DNA of 64,000 bases from an uncultured delta proteobacterium (GCA_963835595.1 CAWIGL010000003.1:321981-385980); one strand, 5' to 3'; shown: positions 28,489 to 38,964, counted from the first letter of the stretch. Notes: generated by a model from the sequence alone, not told the origin. Made by a program: numbers and translations.

Positions 28489-29658
28489 ATGTCAGGGCCG
28501 GAATTCATAGGGTGCACCGAGCGGTCCGCGAGGATCGCCCCCTTCTACGTGATGGAGCTTCTCGAAAAGGCGCAGGAGATGGAGGCGCGGGGCGAGAAGA
28601 TCGTCCACATGGAGATAGGCGAGCCGGACTTCACGACCCCGCCCCGCATACGGCAGGCGGGGATCAGGGCCATCGAGGAAGGGCGCACCTTCTACACCCA
28701 CAGCCTGGGCCTGCCCGCCCTGCGGGAGCGCATAGCGGCCCATTACTACGATTCGTACCGCGTCCGCGTCCCTGCGGACCGGATCATCATCACGAACGGG
28801 ACTTCGGGGGCGTTTTTCCTCCTGTGCGCAGTCCTCCTCGACGCCGGCAGGAACCTCCTCGTCTCGGACCCAGGCTATCCCTGCTACCGCAATTTCGGGG
28901 CCCTTTTCGACGCCCGCGTCGTCTCGCTGCCCGTCTCCGGGGAGACGCGGTTCGAGGTCACGCCGGACCAGATAGAAAAGTGCGGGGCCACGCCCCATCT
29001 GCTCATGATATGCAGCCCCTCCAACCCGACCGGCACGATCTACAGCGCCGAGTCGCTGTCGCGCCTGGCAGCCGCCGTCAGCGCGCAAGGCGGCTGCCTC
29101 GCTGCGGACGAGATCTATTCGGGTCTCACGTATGACAGGGAGTTCCCGTCCGCCCTCGCCGTGTCCGACGATATCATCCTGATCGACGGCTTCTCCAAGT
29201 CTTACGCCATGACGGGCTGGCGGCTCGGCTGGCTCGTCGCCCCATCGCGGCTCGTGCGCCCCATCCAGAGGGTGGCGCAAAACGTATTCATATCTGCGCC
29301 GACGATTGCCCAGTACGCGGCCCTCGACGCCTTCGACGCAGTCTCCGACATCGAGGCGATGAAGAAGACCTACCGGGACAGGCGGGCCTTCCTCTTCCCC
29401 AGGTTGGGGGAGCTCGGCTTCAGCCTTCCGGCGTGGCCCGAAGGGGCCTTCTACATCTACGCCGGCATCGAGAAATGGCGGATGGACAGCATGGAATTCG
29501 TCGAAAGGGCGCTTACGGAGGCAAAGGTGGCCGTCACGCCAGGCTACGACTTCGGCGCGTACCGCGCAGGCTCGCACGTGCGCTTCTCCTACGCGAACAG
29601 CCTCGACATGCTCAAAGAAGGCTGCGAAAGGCTCTCGGTCTGGCTGCGTGGCCTCTGA
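28489..29658 (+). CDS. PLP-dependent aminotransferase class I/II
   Basis: IGEPDF, SPSNPTG, DEIY and GFSKSYAMTGWRLGW motifs. Confidence 0.93.
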   Translation: MSGPEFIGCTERSARIAPFYVMELLEKAQEMEARGEKIVHMEIGEPDFTTPPRIRQAGIRAIEEGRTFYTHSLGLPALRERIAAHYYDSYRVRVPADRIIITNGTSGAFFLLCAVLLDAGRNLLVSDPGYPCYRNFGALFDARVVSLPVSGETRFEVTPDQIEKCGATPHLLMICSPSNPTGTIYSAESLSRLAAAVSAQGGCLAADEIYSGLTYDREFPSALAVSDDIILIDGFSKSYAMTGWRLGWLVAPSRLVRPIQRVAQNVFISAPTIAQYAALDAFDAVSDIEAMKKTYRDRRAFLFPRLGELGFSLPAWPEGAFYIYAGIEKWRMDSMEFVERALTEAKVAVTPGYDFGAYRAGSHVRFSYANSLDMLKEGCERLSVWLRGL

Positions 29659-30466
29659 AAAATTCCGCAGCCATGCAGCTCTGAGATGCATACGCCCCGG
29701 CTTCCTCGCCGGCGTCCTGCTGGCCGCTGCCGGCCTGCTCCCTTTTGCAGCCCATGCCTCTGAAAGCAACTTCGAGATAGTAGTCCATCCGTCGGAGACG
29801 GCAGAGGAGGGGAAGGCCGAGACCGAGCTGCACAGCAACATGGCAGTCAGCGGCACGGCCCAAAAGACCTGCGGCGTGCTGCCCAACCAGCATGTCCTCA
29901 ACGAAAGCCTGGAGGTCGTCTACGGCTTCACCTCATGGTTCGAGACGGCCCTTTATAGTGCCGCAGCCGTGCAGCCCGGCATCGACGCCCAGTGGGTGGG
30001 GGAGCGCCTCTTTCCCCGCGCCCGCGCGCCGGAAAGCTGGGGCCTGCCCTTCGGTCTGGGCTTCGGGACCGCCATTTCATATCAGCGCCGCGCCTACTCG
30101 GCGGACACCCTGACCCTCGACATCGTGCCGATCATCGACAAGAAGATAGGCCCCTGGTACTTTGCCGCCAACCCGGAGTTCGTCCGCTCCCTCAACGGCA
30201 AGAGTACGTACCGGGGCTTCGAGTTCAGCCCCGCCTTCAAGGCGAGCTACGACGTCGCGCCGAAGGTCGCCCTCGGTTTCGAGTACTACTCGTCCTTCGG
30301 CCCGCTGCAGGGCTTCGATCCCGTCCGCGACCAGCAGCACCAGCTTTTCGGCGTCATCGATATCGAGCCTGCCCCCCATTGGGACCTCAACTTCGGCGTC
30401 GGCGCGGGACTTACAGGGGCAACGGACGCCTTTGTCATCAAGATGATAATAGGACGGAAGTTCTAG
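29648..30466 (+). CDS. Hypothetical exported protein, probable outer-membrane beta-barrel
   Basis: Signal peptide (AAHA), alternating aromatic strands, C-terminal Phe; start uncertain. Confidence 0.6.
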   Translation: MASEKFRSHAALRCIRPGFLAGVLLAAAGLLPFAAHASESNFEIVVHPSETAEEGKAETELHSNMAVSGTAQKTCGVLPNQHVLNESLEVVYGFTSWFETALYSAAAVQPGIDAQWVGERLFPRARAPESWGLPFGLGFGTAISYQRRAYSADTLTLDIVPIIDKKIGPWYFAANPEFVRSLNGKSTYRGFEFSPAFKASYDVAPKVALGFEYYSSFGPLQGFDPVRDQQHQLFGVIDIEPAPHWDLNFGVGAGLTGATDAFVIKMIIGRKF

Positions 30467-30610
30467 AACGGGACACGGTCGGGAAAAGGCAACAAGCCCT
30501 CCGCATAACCCCCCCCCCTGAAACGCCGGCAGCGCCGCCGGAGTATTTCAGCTTGTTTTTCTTGACAATGTCCCGAAGGTCGAAGAGAATAATGCACGAA
30601 GAAGGCATAG

Positions 30611-31885
30611 ATGGCGCAAAAGGGCATAAAAGGGGGCAATGGGCCTTACGGGACCTGGAAGAGGGGCGGACGGCTCTGCCTGCTCATTCTGCCGGCTCTG
30701 CTGCTCTGGCTTGTCCCCCTGCGCCCCGTACTTGCCCAGGGTCCGGCCCGGCCTCCCGACGCCGGGCAGCACCTGATAGACGACATCTATAGTTCTCCCC
30801 GTCAAGGCGTGCGGATCGGCGGCGGCGCCGCAGTTGAGCCCGCGTTCAACATTCTCGACGAGATCAGGCGCGCCCAGGCATTTCTGAAACGCAGGACCGC
30901 AGGTTATGCCCGCCAGTTCTCGAAGAGGAAGGTCACCCTCGTAGACAGGAGGGGGAGAAAAAAGCTGCGCCTCCGCTTTACCGAGACCGTGGCGCCCAAT
31001 TTCCTGCTTGCCGTCGAGAACCTTCATGAAAGGGAGCTCCGCGGCGTGCTCGTCACCGACAAGGGCTGCGCTACGGACGGCTTCGAGGTCGTCCGGCTGA
31101 AAACCAACGGCGTAGCATCCAGGTTCCAGGTCCTTTACCCGGAGGAGATGGCGGTCCTCGCCATCCGCACCATCGTCCACGGCCCGTACGGGGGCTGGGA
31201 AGAGGTCGTCTATACGCCTTACAGCCCGGAGATCGATACGCCGGAAGTGAGGCGGGCAGGATACGATTACCTGGTGGACCGGATCGACCTCGCCCTCGCC
31301 GACCTTGAGAGGCGGCAGGTCAGGCTTCCGGCGCTTGGCCCGCTCCTCTATTGCGACCAGCTCCCCGAGGTCGTTTTCGTGCTGTCGATCATAGAGCACA
31401 TGGACCCGGAGCGCTTCAAGTCCTGCACCGGCGAGCAGGAAGACGCCCTGATACGCGAAGTGCTGACGGTCATAGGGGCGAACACCGAAAACGCGTATGC
31501 CTACAGCAAGTCTACGGCAGGGGCAAGGGGCCTCTTCCAGATCATGCCGGCCACATACGAAAGGCTGCGGCGGAGATACCCGGCTGCCGCCCTTCTCAGG
31601 GACTTCGTGCGGGGCAGCACGGACCATGTGAACGCTGCAAAGGCATCGCTTTTGCTCTTCGACTCCGACCTCGGCGACCTGTCGAGGAAGCTCCTGCTCA
31701 ACGCGCGTGAAGATATGGAGGCCATCGGCAGGCTGCTGGCTGCGTCGTACAACTGCGGCCCGAACAGGGTCCAGAAGTCCGCGCGGGAGTGCAGCGACGC
31801 GTGGACGTGCAGACTACCGGCGGAGACGAGGACGTATTTGGAAAAATTCGACCGGGTGTGGGAGAAGCGCAAGAGCTTGCCCTAG
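30611..31885 (+). CDS. Lytic transglycosylase (SLT-domain) protein
   Basis: IIEH, STAGARGLFQIMPAT, AASYNCG and ETRTY motifs; N-terminal signal/TM. Confidence 0.75.
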   Translation: MAQKGIKGGNGPYGTWKRGGRLCLLILPALLLWLVPLRPVLAQGPARPPDAGQHLIDDIYSSPRQGVRIGGGAAVEPAFNILDEIRRAQAFLKRRTAGYARQFSKRKVTLVDRRGRKKLRLRFTETVAPNFLLAVENLHERELRGVLVTDKGCATDGFEVVRLKTNGVASRFQVLYPEEMAVLAIRTIVHGPYGGWEEVVYTPYSPEIDTPEVRRAGYDYLVDRIDLALADLERRQVRLPALGPLLYCDQLPEVVFVLSIIEHMDPERFKSCTGEQEDALIREVLTVIGANTENAYAYSKSTAGARGLFQIMPATYERLRRRYPAAALLRDFVRGSTDHVNAAKASLLLFDSDLGDLSRKLLLNAREDMEAIGRLLAASYNCGPNRVQKSARECSDAWTCRLPAETRTYLEKFDRVWEKRKSLP

Positions 31886-31942
31886 GAAACGCCGCATGGC
31901 CCGCCCGCTTTTATCTGTCCTGCTAATAGGTTAAATTATTGC

Positions 31943-32884
31943 GTGGACCATTTCGTCTTCGGGCCGGTGCCGTCGAGGAGGCTGGGATTTTCCCTGGGCG
32001 TTGACCTTATACCGCGCAAGCATTGCACCTTCGACTGCATCTACTGCCAGGTCGGCAGGACGACGCACAAAGAGGTGGAGCGCCGCAGCTTCGCAGACCC
32101 CGGTCTCGTAATCGGGCAGGTGATGGAAAGGGTGAAAGAGGGCAGGGCCATCGACTTCATAACCATCTCCGGGTCGGGAGAGCCTTCCTTGAGCAGCGAT
32201 ATGGGCCTGGTGATAGGCGAGCTGAAGCGAAAGACGGCGATACCCGTTGCCGCCATCACGAACAGCTCGCTCCTCTTCAGGGAGGACGTGCGGCGCGAGC
32301 TTGCCCTTGCGGACCTCGTGCTCCCCTCGCTCGACGCGGCGGGACAGGAGGTCTTCGACAGGGTCAACCGCCCGCACGAGGGACTTTCCTTCGACCTCCT
32401 GCTCTCGGGCCTCAAGGAGTTCCGCAAGGCGTACAAAGGCAGGATATGGCTTGAGATAATGTTGATAAACAACATCAACGATGCAGCAGAACAAATTGAA
32501 ATGTTTAAGCAAATAGTGTCGGGCATTGGGGCAGACAAGGTGCAGCTCAACACGGTGACGCGCCCGCCTGCCGAAGAGACGGCGATGCCTGTCGGGAGGG
32601 AGAGGCTTGCGGCCATCGCGCAGCGCATGGGCCAGGGGTGCGAGGTGATTGCCGCCTTCGACAGGAAGGCGCGCGCGCCAGGCACAAAGGTCTGGCAGGC
32701 GTCCCTGGTGGAAACGCTGAGGCGCAGGTCCTTGAGCCTTGACGATGTAGTGCGGACGACGGGCGTGCCCGTCGCAGCAGCCAGGGCCGGACTGGAGAGG
32801 CTCGTAAGGGAAGGGCGGATCAAAGAGGTCCGCGTCGGCAAGGTGCGTTTTTACACCGTCGCCGCCGAAGGGGACGCCCCGTAA
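31943..32884 (+). CDS. Radical SAM protein (COG0731-like)
   Basis: FGPVPSRRLG, CTFDCIYC, SGSGEP and TNSSL motifs. Confidence 0.9.
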   Translation: MDHFVFGPVPSRRLGFSLGVDLIPRKHCTFDCIYCQVGRTTHKEVERRSFADPGLVIGQVMERVKEGRAIDFITISGSGEPSLSSDMGLVIGELKRKTAIPVAAITNSSLLFREDVRRELALADLVLPSLDAAGQEVFDRVNRPHEGLSFDLLLSGLKEFRKAYKGRIWLEIMLINNINDAAEQIEMFKQIVSGIGADKVQLNTVTRPPAEETAMPVGRERLAAIAQRMGQGCEVIAAFDRKARAPGTKVWQASLVETLRRRSLSLDDVVRTTGVPVAAARAGLERLVREGRIKEVRVGKVRFYTVAAEGDAP

Positions 32885-32924
32885 GAAGGGCGCCCGGCGG
32901 CGCGCAGCCGCCCTCGGATTCTTA

Positions 32925-32953
32925 TTGACAAAACTGCCGCCGGAAATTATCAT
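32925..32953 (+). promoter_or_regulatory. sigma70-type promoter
   Basis: TTGACA-17nt-TATCAT. Confidence 0.65.
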
Positions 32954-33030
32954 AAGTCTTCGCGCCACAACGATAAGACCGTATATAGCCGTGCAATAAA
33001 ACCGAAAGGCGGGACCAAAGAGAGGGGACG

Positions 33031-33612
33031 ATGAAAATCGAGAGGGCGGTGATAAGCGTATCGAACAAGGCGGGCCTCGGGGAGCTTGCGCCTTTTCTGA
33101 AGGGCCTGGGGGTCGAGATCATCTCGACGGGGGGCACGAAAAAATACCTCGACGAGCTTGGGGTCAACCCTAAGGAGATCAGCGCGCACACGGGCTTCCC
33201 GGAGATCATGGACGGCAGGGTGAAGACCCTCCACCCGAAGGTCCACGGCGGCATCCTCAATATCAGGGACAAGAAAGAGCACCAGGAGGCCAAGAAGGCC
33301 CTCGGCATAAAGGACATCGACATGATCGTCGTCAACCTCTATCCCTTCAAAGAAGTGGTAGCCAAAGGGTGCGCCTTCGAGGAGGCGATTGAGAACATCG
33401 ACATCGGCGGCCCGTCGATGATAAGGGCGGCGGCCAAGAACTATAAATACGTGACGGTCGTGACGGACCCGGCCGACTACCCCAGGGTCATCGAGAACAT
33501 GAAGGCCAACGGCGGCGGGACGACCGAAGAGCTGCGGTTCTTCCTTGCGAAAAAGGTCTTCTACCTGACCTCCGATTACGACAAGGCCATCTACGACTAC
33601 TTGAGCCGTTAA
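33031..33612 (+). CDS. purH: Stand-alone IMP cyclohydrolase (PurH N-terminal MGS-like domain)
   Basis: [47 protein letters not shown]; stops after YDKAI. Confidence 0.9.
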   Translation: MKIERAVISVSNKAGLGELAPFLKGLGVEIISTGGTKKYLDELGVNPKEISAHTGFPEIMDGRVKTLHPKVHGGILNIRDKKEHQEAKKALGIKDIDMIVVNLYPFKEVVAKGCAFEEAIENIDIGGPSMIRAAAKNYKYVTVVTDPADYPRVIENMKANGGGTTEELRFFLAKKVFYLTSDYDKAIYDYLSR

Positions 33613-33621
33613 GGGCCGAAG

Positions 33622-33653
33622 AAATGACCCTGCTGCTTACAGCAGGGTCATTT
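33622..33653. terminator. Hairpin terminator, possibly bidirectional
   Basis: AAATGACCCTGCTG-CTTA-CAGCAGGGTCATTT, a perfect 14-bp stem. Confidence 0.75.
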
Positions 33654-33790
33654 AGTGAGCGGGTCGCCACCCGCGAACCCAAAGGTGGGAGCACGCGGGT
33701 ACCCGGCTAAAACAGGCGGTTCCGTGGAGGGGGGCGCGGAAGCCCCAATAATTGCCTGTGGTAAGATGTGCCAAAGCTCCAGCTATGATA
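33654..33790 (-). ncRNA. Candidate structured RNA, 6S-like
   Basis: Minus strand AUUGGGGC...CGCCUGUUUU...GCUCCCACCUUUGGGUUC resembles conserved 6S RNA blocks as recalled; visible stems; ends at a terminator; boundaries approximate. Confidence 0.35.
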
Positions 33791-33852
33791 GTCGGATGCA
33801 AAAAGCGCGGGAACGAAATGGGGCACAAAGAGTTGAATAAAAAGGAAGGGCC

Positions 33853-35145
33853 ATGCGGATACTCGTCGTAGGCGGCGGGGGCAGGGAACATGCCCTAGTC
33901 TGGAAGCTCTCCCAGTCTCCCAAGGTAAGCGATATCTTCTGCGCGCCGGGCAACGGCGGGATCTCCCGCATCGCCGCCTGCGCGGAGATTGCGGCGACGG
34001 ACACGGCCGGGCTGCTCGCGCTTGCGCACAAGGAGCGGATCGGCCTCGTCGTCGTCGGGCCCGAGATCGCGCTTGCAGCGGGCATCGTTGACGCCTTCGA
34101 GGCTGCGGGCATACCCATCTTCGGCCCCTGCGAGGCGGCCTCCCGCATCGAGACGAGCAAGGTCTTCGCAAAGACGCTCATGGAAAAATACGCCATACCG
34201 ACCGCCTCCTTCAAGGTATTCACCTCGTATGGCGCGGCCCTTGCCCACATAAAGGCCCTCGTCCCGCCATACGTCGTGAAGGCCGACGGCCTGTGCGCAG
34301 GGAAGGGCGCCTACGTCATCGACAGCCCGGAAGAAGGGGAAAAGGCGCTCAAGGAGCTTTTTATCGACCGCGTCCACGGCGCGGCTGGCGACAGGGTGAT
34401 CGTCGAAGACTTCCTGCCGGGCATCGAGGCGTCGTATCTGGCCCTGTGCGACGGCGCGTCCGTCTTAGCCCTGCCGCCTTCCCAGGACCACAAGGCGCTC
34501 CTCGACGGCGACAAGGGGCCGAACACGGGCGGCATGGGGGCCTACACCCCTGTGCCCTTCATAGACTCAGGGCTGGCCCGTGAGATCGACGCATCCATCA
34601 TGAAAAGGACCGTGGACGGCCTCAAGGCGGAAGGGATACCTTACAAGGGCGTCCTTTACGGCGGCCTGATGCTCGGCCTAGCGGCCCCGTCGGCCGCCAG
34701 GCCCTATGTCCTCGAATTCAACGCGCGCTTCGGCGACCCGGAGACGCAGCCGATACTATTCAGGATGGAGAGCGACCTCTTGCCTATCATCTCTGCATGT
34801 GCAGAAGGGGACCTGCGCAGGGCAGGGCCTATGGAATGGAAGAAGGGCGTCGCCGTCTGCGTGGTCGTCGCCTCTGGCGGCTACCCCGAAAAGCCTGAAA
34901 AGGGCAAGCTCATAAAGGGGTTGGCCGACGTGGAAGGGCAAAAGGACGTCTTCGTCTTCCACGCCGGGACGACGCGCAAGGGGAACGAATACTATACGTC
35001 GGGCGGTAGGGTGCTCGGCGTCACGGCCCTGGGCGGCACTTACGCCGAGGCCATAGAGAGGGCCTACGCCGCGGTATCTTGCATACAATTCGAGGGGATG
35101 CAGTATCGCAAAGACATCGGGAAGAAGGCGTTGAAGACCGCATAG
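33853..35145 (+). CDS. purD: Phosphoribosylamine-glycine ligase
   Basis: GGGGREHAL, KADGLCAGKG, QDHK, GPNTGGMG, EFNARFGDPE and GGRVL motifs. Confidence 0.97.
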   Translation: MRILVVGGGGREHALVWKLSQSPKVSDIFCAPGNGGISRIAACAEIAATDTAGLLALAHKERIGLVVVGPEIALAAGIVDAFEAAGIPIFGPCEAASRIETSKVFAKTLMEKYAIPTASFKVFTSYGAALAHIKALVPPYVVKADGLCAGKGAYVIDSPEEGEKALKELFIDRVHGAAGDRVIVEDFLPGIEASYLALCDGASVLALPPSQDHKALLDGDKGPNTGGMGAYTPVPFIDSGLAREIDASIMKRTVDGLKAEGIPYKGVLYGGLMLGLAAPSAARPYVLEFNARFGDPETQPILFRMESDLLPIISACAEGDLRRAGPMEWKKGVAVCVVVASGGYPEKPEKGKLIKGLADVEGQKDVFVFHAGTTRKGNEYYTSGGRVLGVTALGGTYAEAIERAYAAVSCIQFEGMQYRKDIGKKALKTA

Positions 35146-35198
35146 AGAGCCGGCGGAAGGCGCACAAAAACCGCCGCCGCGATAAGGAGACGATAACG

Positions 35199-36263
35199 AT
35201 GGCAAGGGAGTATAGGATAGGCGTAATACCGGGAGACGGGACGGGTCCGGAGGTCGTGGCCGAGGGGATCAAGGTGCTCGACGCAGCGTCGGCCAAATTC
35301 GGCTTCACCCTCAAATACACACACTATGACCTGGGGGGCGAGCGATACCTGAAGACTGGGGAGACCCTGCCGGCGGCCGTCCTTGCCGATCTCAAATCGC
35401 AGCAGGCGATCTTTCTCGGCGCCATCGGCCACCCGGACGTGCCGCCCGGCATCCTGGAGAAGCAGATATTGCTCCAGCATACGCTTCGACCTCGACCAGT
35501 ATATCAACCTGCGGCCCGTCAAGCTTTACGAGGGCGTAGAGACGCCGCTCAAGGACAAGGGGCCGGCGGACATCGATTTCGTCGTCGTGCGGGAGAACAC
35601 GGAGGGTCTTTACACCGGGGCGGGCGGAACGTCCTCAAGAAAGGCACGCCTGACGAGGTCGCGGTCCAGGAGTCGATAAATACGAGGAAGGGAGTCGAAA
35701 GGTGCATACGCTTCGCCTTCGACCTGACCAGGCGGCGCAACAAGGGGAAGAAGCTGACCCTCTGCGGCAAGACGAACGTCCTCACGTACGCCTTCAACCT
35801 CTGGGAGAGGGCCTTCTACGAGGTGGCGAAGGAGTACCCGGACATCAAGACCGATTACGCCCACGTAGACGCCACGGTCATGTGGATGGTGAAGAACCCG
35901 GAATGGTTCGACGTCATCGTGACGGACAACATGTTCGGGGACATCATCACGGACCTGGGGGCGATGGTCCAGGGCGGCCTTGGCATCGCCTGCGGCGGGA
36001 ACATCAACCCTGCAGGGGTCTCCATGTTCGAGCCTATAGGCGGCTCGGCGCCGAAATATACGGGAAAGAACGTGATAAACCCCATCGCCGCGATCTTCGC
36101 CGCAGCCATGATGCTCGACTACCTGGGAGAGACGCAAGGCGCCCTGGCGATGGATGCGGCAGTTGCCCGCGCGCTGAAGAACGATGTCAAGTCCGTCGAC
36201 GCCGGCAGGATGGGTATGGGGACGCGCGAGCTGGGGGACCTTATAGTCCGTTATCTGGGTTAG
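35199..36263 (+). CDS. leuB: 3-isopropylmalate dehydrogenase; two compensating frameshifts (~35470 and ~35625)
   Basis: PGDGTGPEV; NLRP and VRENTEGLY in an alternative frame; [18 protein letters not shown]. Confidence 0.85.
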   Translation: MAREYRIGVIPGDGTGPEVVAEGIKVLDAASAKFGFTLKYTHYDLGGERYLKTGETLPAAVLADLKSQQAIFLGAIGHPDVPPGILEKQILLQHTLRPRPVYQPAARQALRGRRDAAQGQGAGGHRFRRRAGEHGGSLHRGGRNVLKKGTPDEVAVQESINTRKGVERCIRFAFDLTRRRNKGKKLTLCGKTNVLTYAFNLWERAFYEVAKEYPDIKTDYAHVDATVMWMVKNPEWFDVIVTDNMFGDIITDLGAMVQGGLGIACGGNINPAGVSMFEPIGGSAPKYTGKNVINPIAAIFAAAMMLDYLGETQGALAMDAAVARALKNDVKSVDAGRMGMGTRELGDLIVRYLG

Positions 36264-36544
36264 ACTGCGCTTTCATCTCCTTGAGCTTCTTGCTCAGGGT
36301 GTTCCGGTTGATGCCGAGGAGCTTCGAGGCGCGCAGGACATTGTCGTCCGTCATCTTCATGGCGGCCGCGATGAAGATCCTTTCCATCATCGTCTGCACG
36401 TTCTGCAAGTATATTATCCTTCTCACTGACCTTCGAGATGAGCAGCTTCTCGACGATGCTCTCGAGCTTACCCTCGACCTGCTTGTAAAGCCGGTTGATC
36501 TCCGCGGCGCTTATCGGCTGTTCTTTAAGAGGGGATGTCGTCAA
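36260..36544 (-). CDS. Small Fis-family HTH protein; frameshift near 36410
   Basis: C-terminus AMKMTDDNVLRASKLLGINRNTLSKKL is HTH_8-like; N-terminus in another frame. Confidence 0.75.
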   Translation of the reverse strand: MTTSPLKEQPISAAEINRLYKQVEGKLESIVEKLLISKVSEKDNILAERADDDGKDLHRGRHEDDGRQCPARLEAPRHQPEHPEQEAQGDESAV

Positions 36545-36580
36545 TTGTCGGCCTTTTATGGCCGGGAAGGAACGTCGCTT

Positions 36581-36926
36581 TTAGTCCTCGCTCCGGTGTC
36601 TGTTATATCTGGTGGTTCTGATAAGAGATATTATGTTAACTTCTCCCCATCCCTTATCAAGCTTGATAATCTCTTCCACCTTCCGCTCCGTTATGGAGTA
36701 CTTAACAGTCGAGCCGCAGCGCTCGTTCCGCACTATCCCCTTCGTCCGCAGGAGTGACAGGTGCTGCGACACCGTGGACTGCGGAAGGTCGAGGGCGCCG
36801 CAGATCGTGCTCGACGCACTTATCCGTCCCCAGCAGCGTCTCCATGATCCTGATCCTTACAGGGTGGCCGATAGTCTTGAGGATATCCGCCCATCTTGCT
36901 GTAGCCGTTCCCTTCCATCCCTCCAT
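36581..36926 (-). CDS. ArsR/SmtB-family regulator; frameshifted
   Basis: LKTIGHPVRIRI, then QSTVSQHLSLLR...GIV...R.G..V.Y in another frame; 3' end uncertain. Confidence 0.8.
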
Positions 36927-37092
36927 TATGTTATTAAAACCCCTTGAAAGTGTCAACCAAAATAAGATCACAAGCTCCACAAGCGACGGGCGCCCCGGCG
37001 CCTCCCTGACGCCCTGCGCTTACGTCGCAGCAACCTTGATACGGCCGCTCTCCTTTTCTCACCGTAGCGGTAATAAAAGGCACGCAGCAAGG

Positions 37093-37850
37093 TCATGTAC
37101 GCCTGCCGCCGCTTGAGCGCGCATCCCCAAAGCCCGGTGCAAGACGCCTGATCTCGTCGGCCTCCAGGAAACGCCATTCCCCAGCCTTCAGGCCGGACAG
37201 CGTGACGGGGCCTACGCGGACGCGGCGCAGCCTGAGCACATGATGGGCAAGCCCCTCTGCGAGCCTCCTTATGTGGCGGTACTTGCCCTCTGTCACGACA
37301 ATCCTGTACCACGTGTTCTTCTCGGCCCACCTGATCGGCGCGATGGCTTTCACGCCTGTATCTCTCGCCTTCGACCGTAAGACCGGACGGTGGCACGCCC
37401 CATCTCTTCGGGCGTGAGCCGCCCCGACAGCTTAACATGATATTCTTTCTCAACGTTGTATCGAGGATGCATGATATGATTGGCTAATTCGCCATCGTCC
37501 GTGAAGATCATAAGGCCCTCGGAGGTATAGTCGAGCCTGCCGACGGGGAAAAGCGTCCCCTCCAGGCTTATGAGGCTGCGGGCGAGCGGCCGGTCCTTGC
37601 CTTCCGTGTCGGCAAGGTCGGAAAGGTAGCCTATAGGCTTGTAAAGGGCGACGTAGCGCCGCTTCCTGGCGGGACTGACGGCCTCATTGTCGAGCCACAC
37701 GACGTCCGAGGCCGGATCGACCGGCATGGGCAGGGTCCGTCACGATGGCCCTGTTGACCTTCACCCTCCCCGACCGGACGATCTCTTCCGACTTGCGCCG
37801 CGACGCAACGCCGCGCGGGCGATGAACTTTGCGAGCCTCTCAGTCGCCAT
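37093..37850 (-). CDS. rRNA pseudouridine synthase (RluB/RsuA family); frameshifted
   Basis: S4 domain ERLAKFIA..ASRRKSE, KPIG, PVGRLDYTSEGL, TEGKYRHIRR, LRRVRVG. Confidence 0.88.
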
Positions 37851-37881
37851 ACGGCGCGCCCCTTGGGCCGGCGGGTCTACA

Positions 37882-38906
37882 TCACATTCCCCTCAGCCCG
37901 GCCGCCACGTCTTCCGGGGCGACCATGCAGGCGCTCTCCATGTGGAGCTTCTCGAAATAGCTCACGTCCGCGGCGTTTACCGGGGGAAGGAACCGCCTGG
38001 CGACGATCCTGCCGTTTACGCGGAAATGGTCCTCGTCGTCGGGGGCGGAGAATATGGAGAGGTTGAAGCCGGCCACGTTCTCCCTGTCCAGGTAGGCGAG
38101 GACCTTGTTGAAACCCTGCCCGAAGTCGGCCCAGTCCGCTCCGTCGAGCGCAAAGAGGGAAGGCGCGCGAAAAACGCAGCCGACGTCGATGTTGCCCTTC
38201 GGCGCGAAAGGCGTGTACCAGAAGACGCGGCCGTCCTGCCGACGGCGCGCTCTCCCAGCCGCGTCTCCTCTTCTTCGAGGGCGTCCCAGAAGACCGCCTT
38301 TTCTCGCGCGCGGAAGTCTGCGCTCTTCTCGATCATCATCCTCTGGTAATTGGTCGGGTGCTCGCCGGCTATGCCCTGGACATGCGGGTGGACGAGGCTC
38401 CCGCCCGACATGGGCATGTAGTTGCAGTTGACGGAGCAGTACCGCGCGGCGCCGTCTTTCTCCCTTACCTTCCGGAAGACGCCGGACGAGCGCCTCGATG
38501 CCCTTCACGACGCACCCCTTTGCCGCCAGGGCCGCCATATCGAGGTAGTGCTCCCTGCACATGATGGCGACGAGCGAGTACTTGTCAAAGGCCAGGAGGT
38601 TGGGTATGATCCTCACCTCGCCGTCCACGAGCTGCTCGCTGCCGAACATGGCCGGGTCGAGGCGGGCGGTCATGGCGGCCACGTTCTCCTCGCAGAACGG
38701 GCATTTCGCTGCGAGCGACGCGGCCACGAGCCGGCGCCGGGTCGAAGCGCCGGCAGCTTTCTCGCCGGGAAATTCATTATCCTCGCCGTCAGGCCGGTCA
38801 GGGGGTCCCAGCGGATCTCCGACCTCGCCTCGAAGGGCTCGAAGTCGCGGAAAGGATCAAGGTACCTGCTCGACTCAACCAATCGTCTGAATTCGATCAT
38901 CTTCAC
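37882..38906 (-). CDS. Galactose-1-phosphate uridylyltransferase (GalT/HIT)-like protein; frameshifted
   Basis: EIRWDPLTG, CPFC, PNL, GGSLVHPHVQ (HxH) across frames. Confidence 0.75.
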
Positions 38907-38964
38907 CCCTCGCGTAACTAAGCCCCCGGCCCCAGCCCTTCCATCGGACTTTTCCGTATCTCAT

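Noticed and set aside
28492-29901. Long antisense ORFs (e.g. 469 aa here; also 669-1601, 7616-8902, 54550-55668)
   Set aside because: Shadows of GC-rich genes on the opposite strand, with no motifs of their own.
32990-33030. Possible ZTP or c-di-GMP riboswitch upstream of purH
   Set aside because: No GACUGGCG/CCUGGGC ZTP core; only a partial CCGAAAGG hairpin, with no room for a full aptamer.
33655-33705. HDV-like ribozyme on the minus strand (stem-GG...CUAA)
   Set aside because: P2 and P3/L3 pairings cannot be formed.
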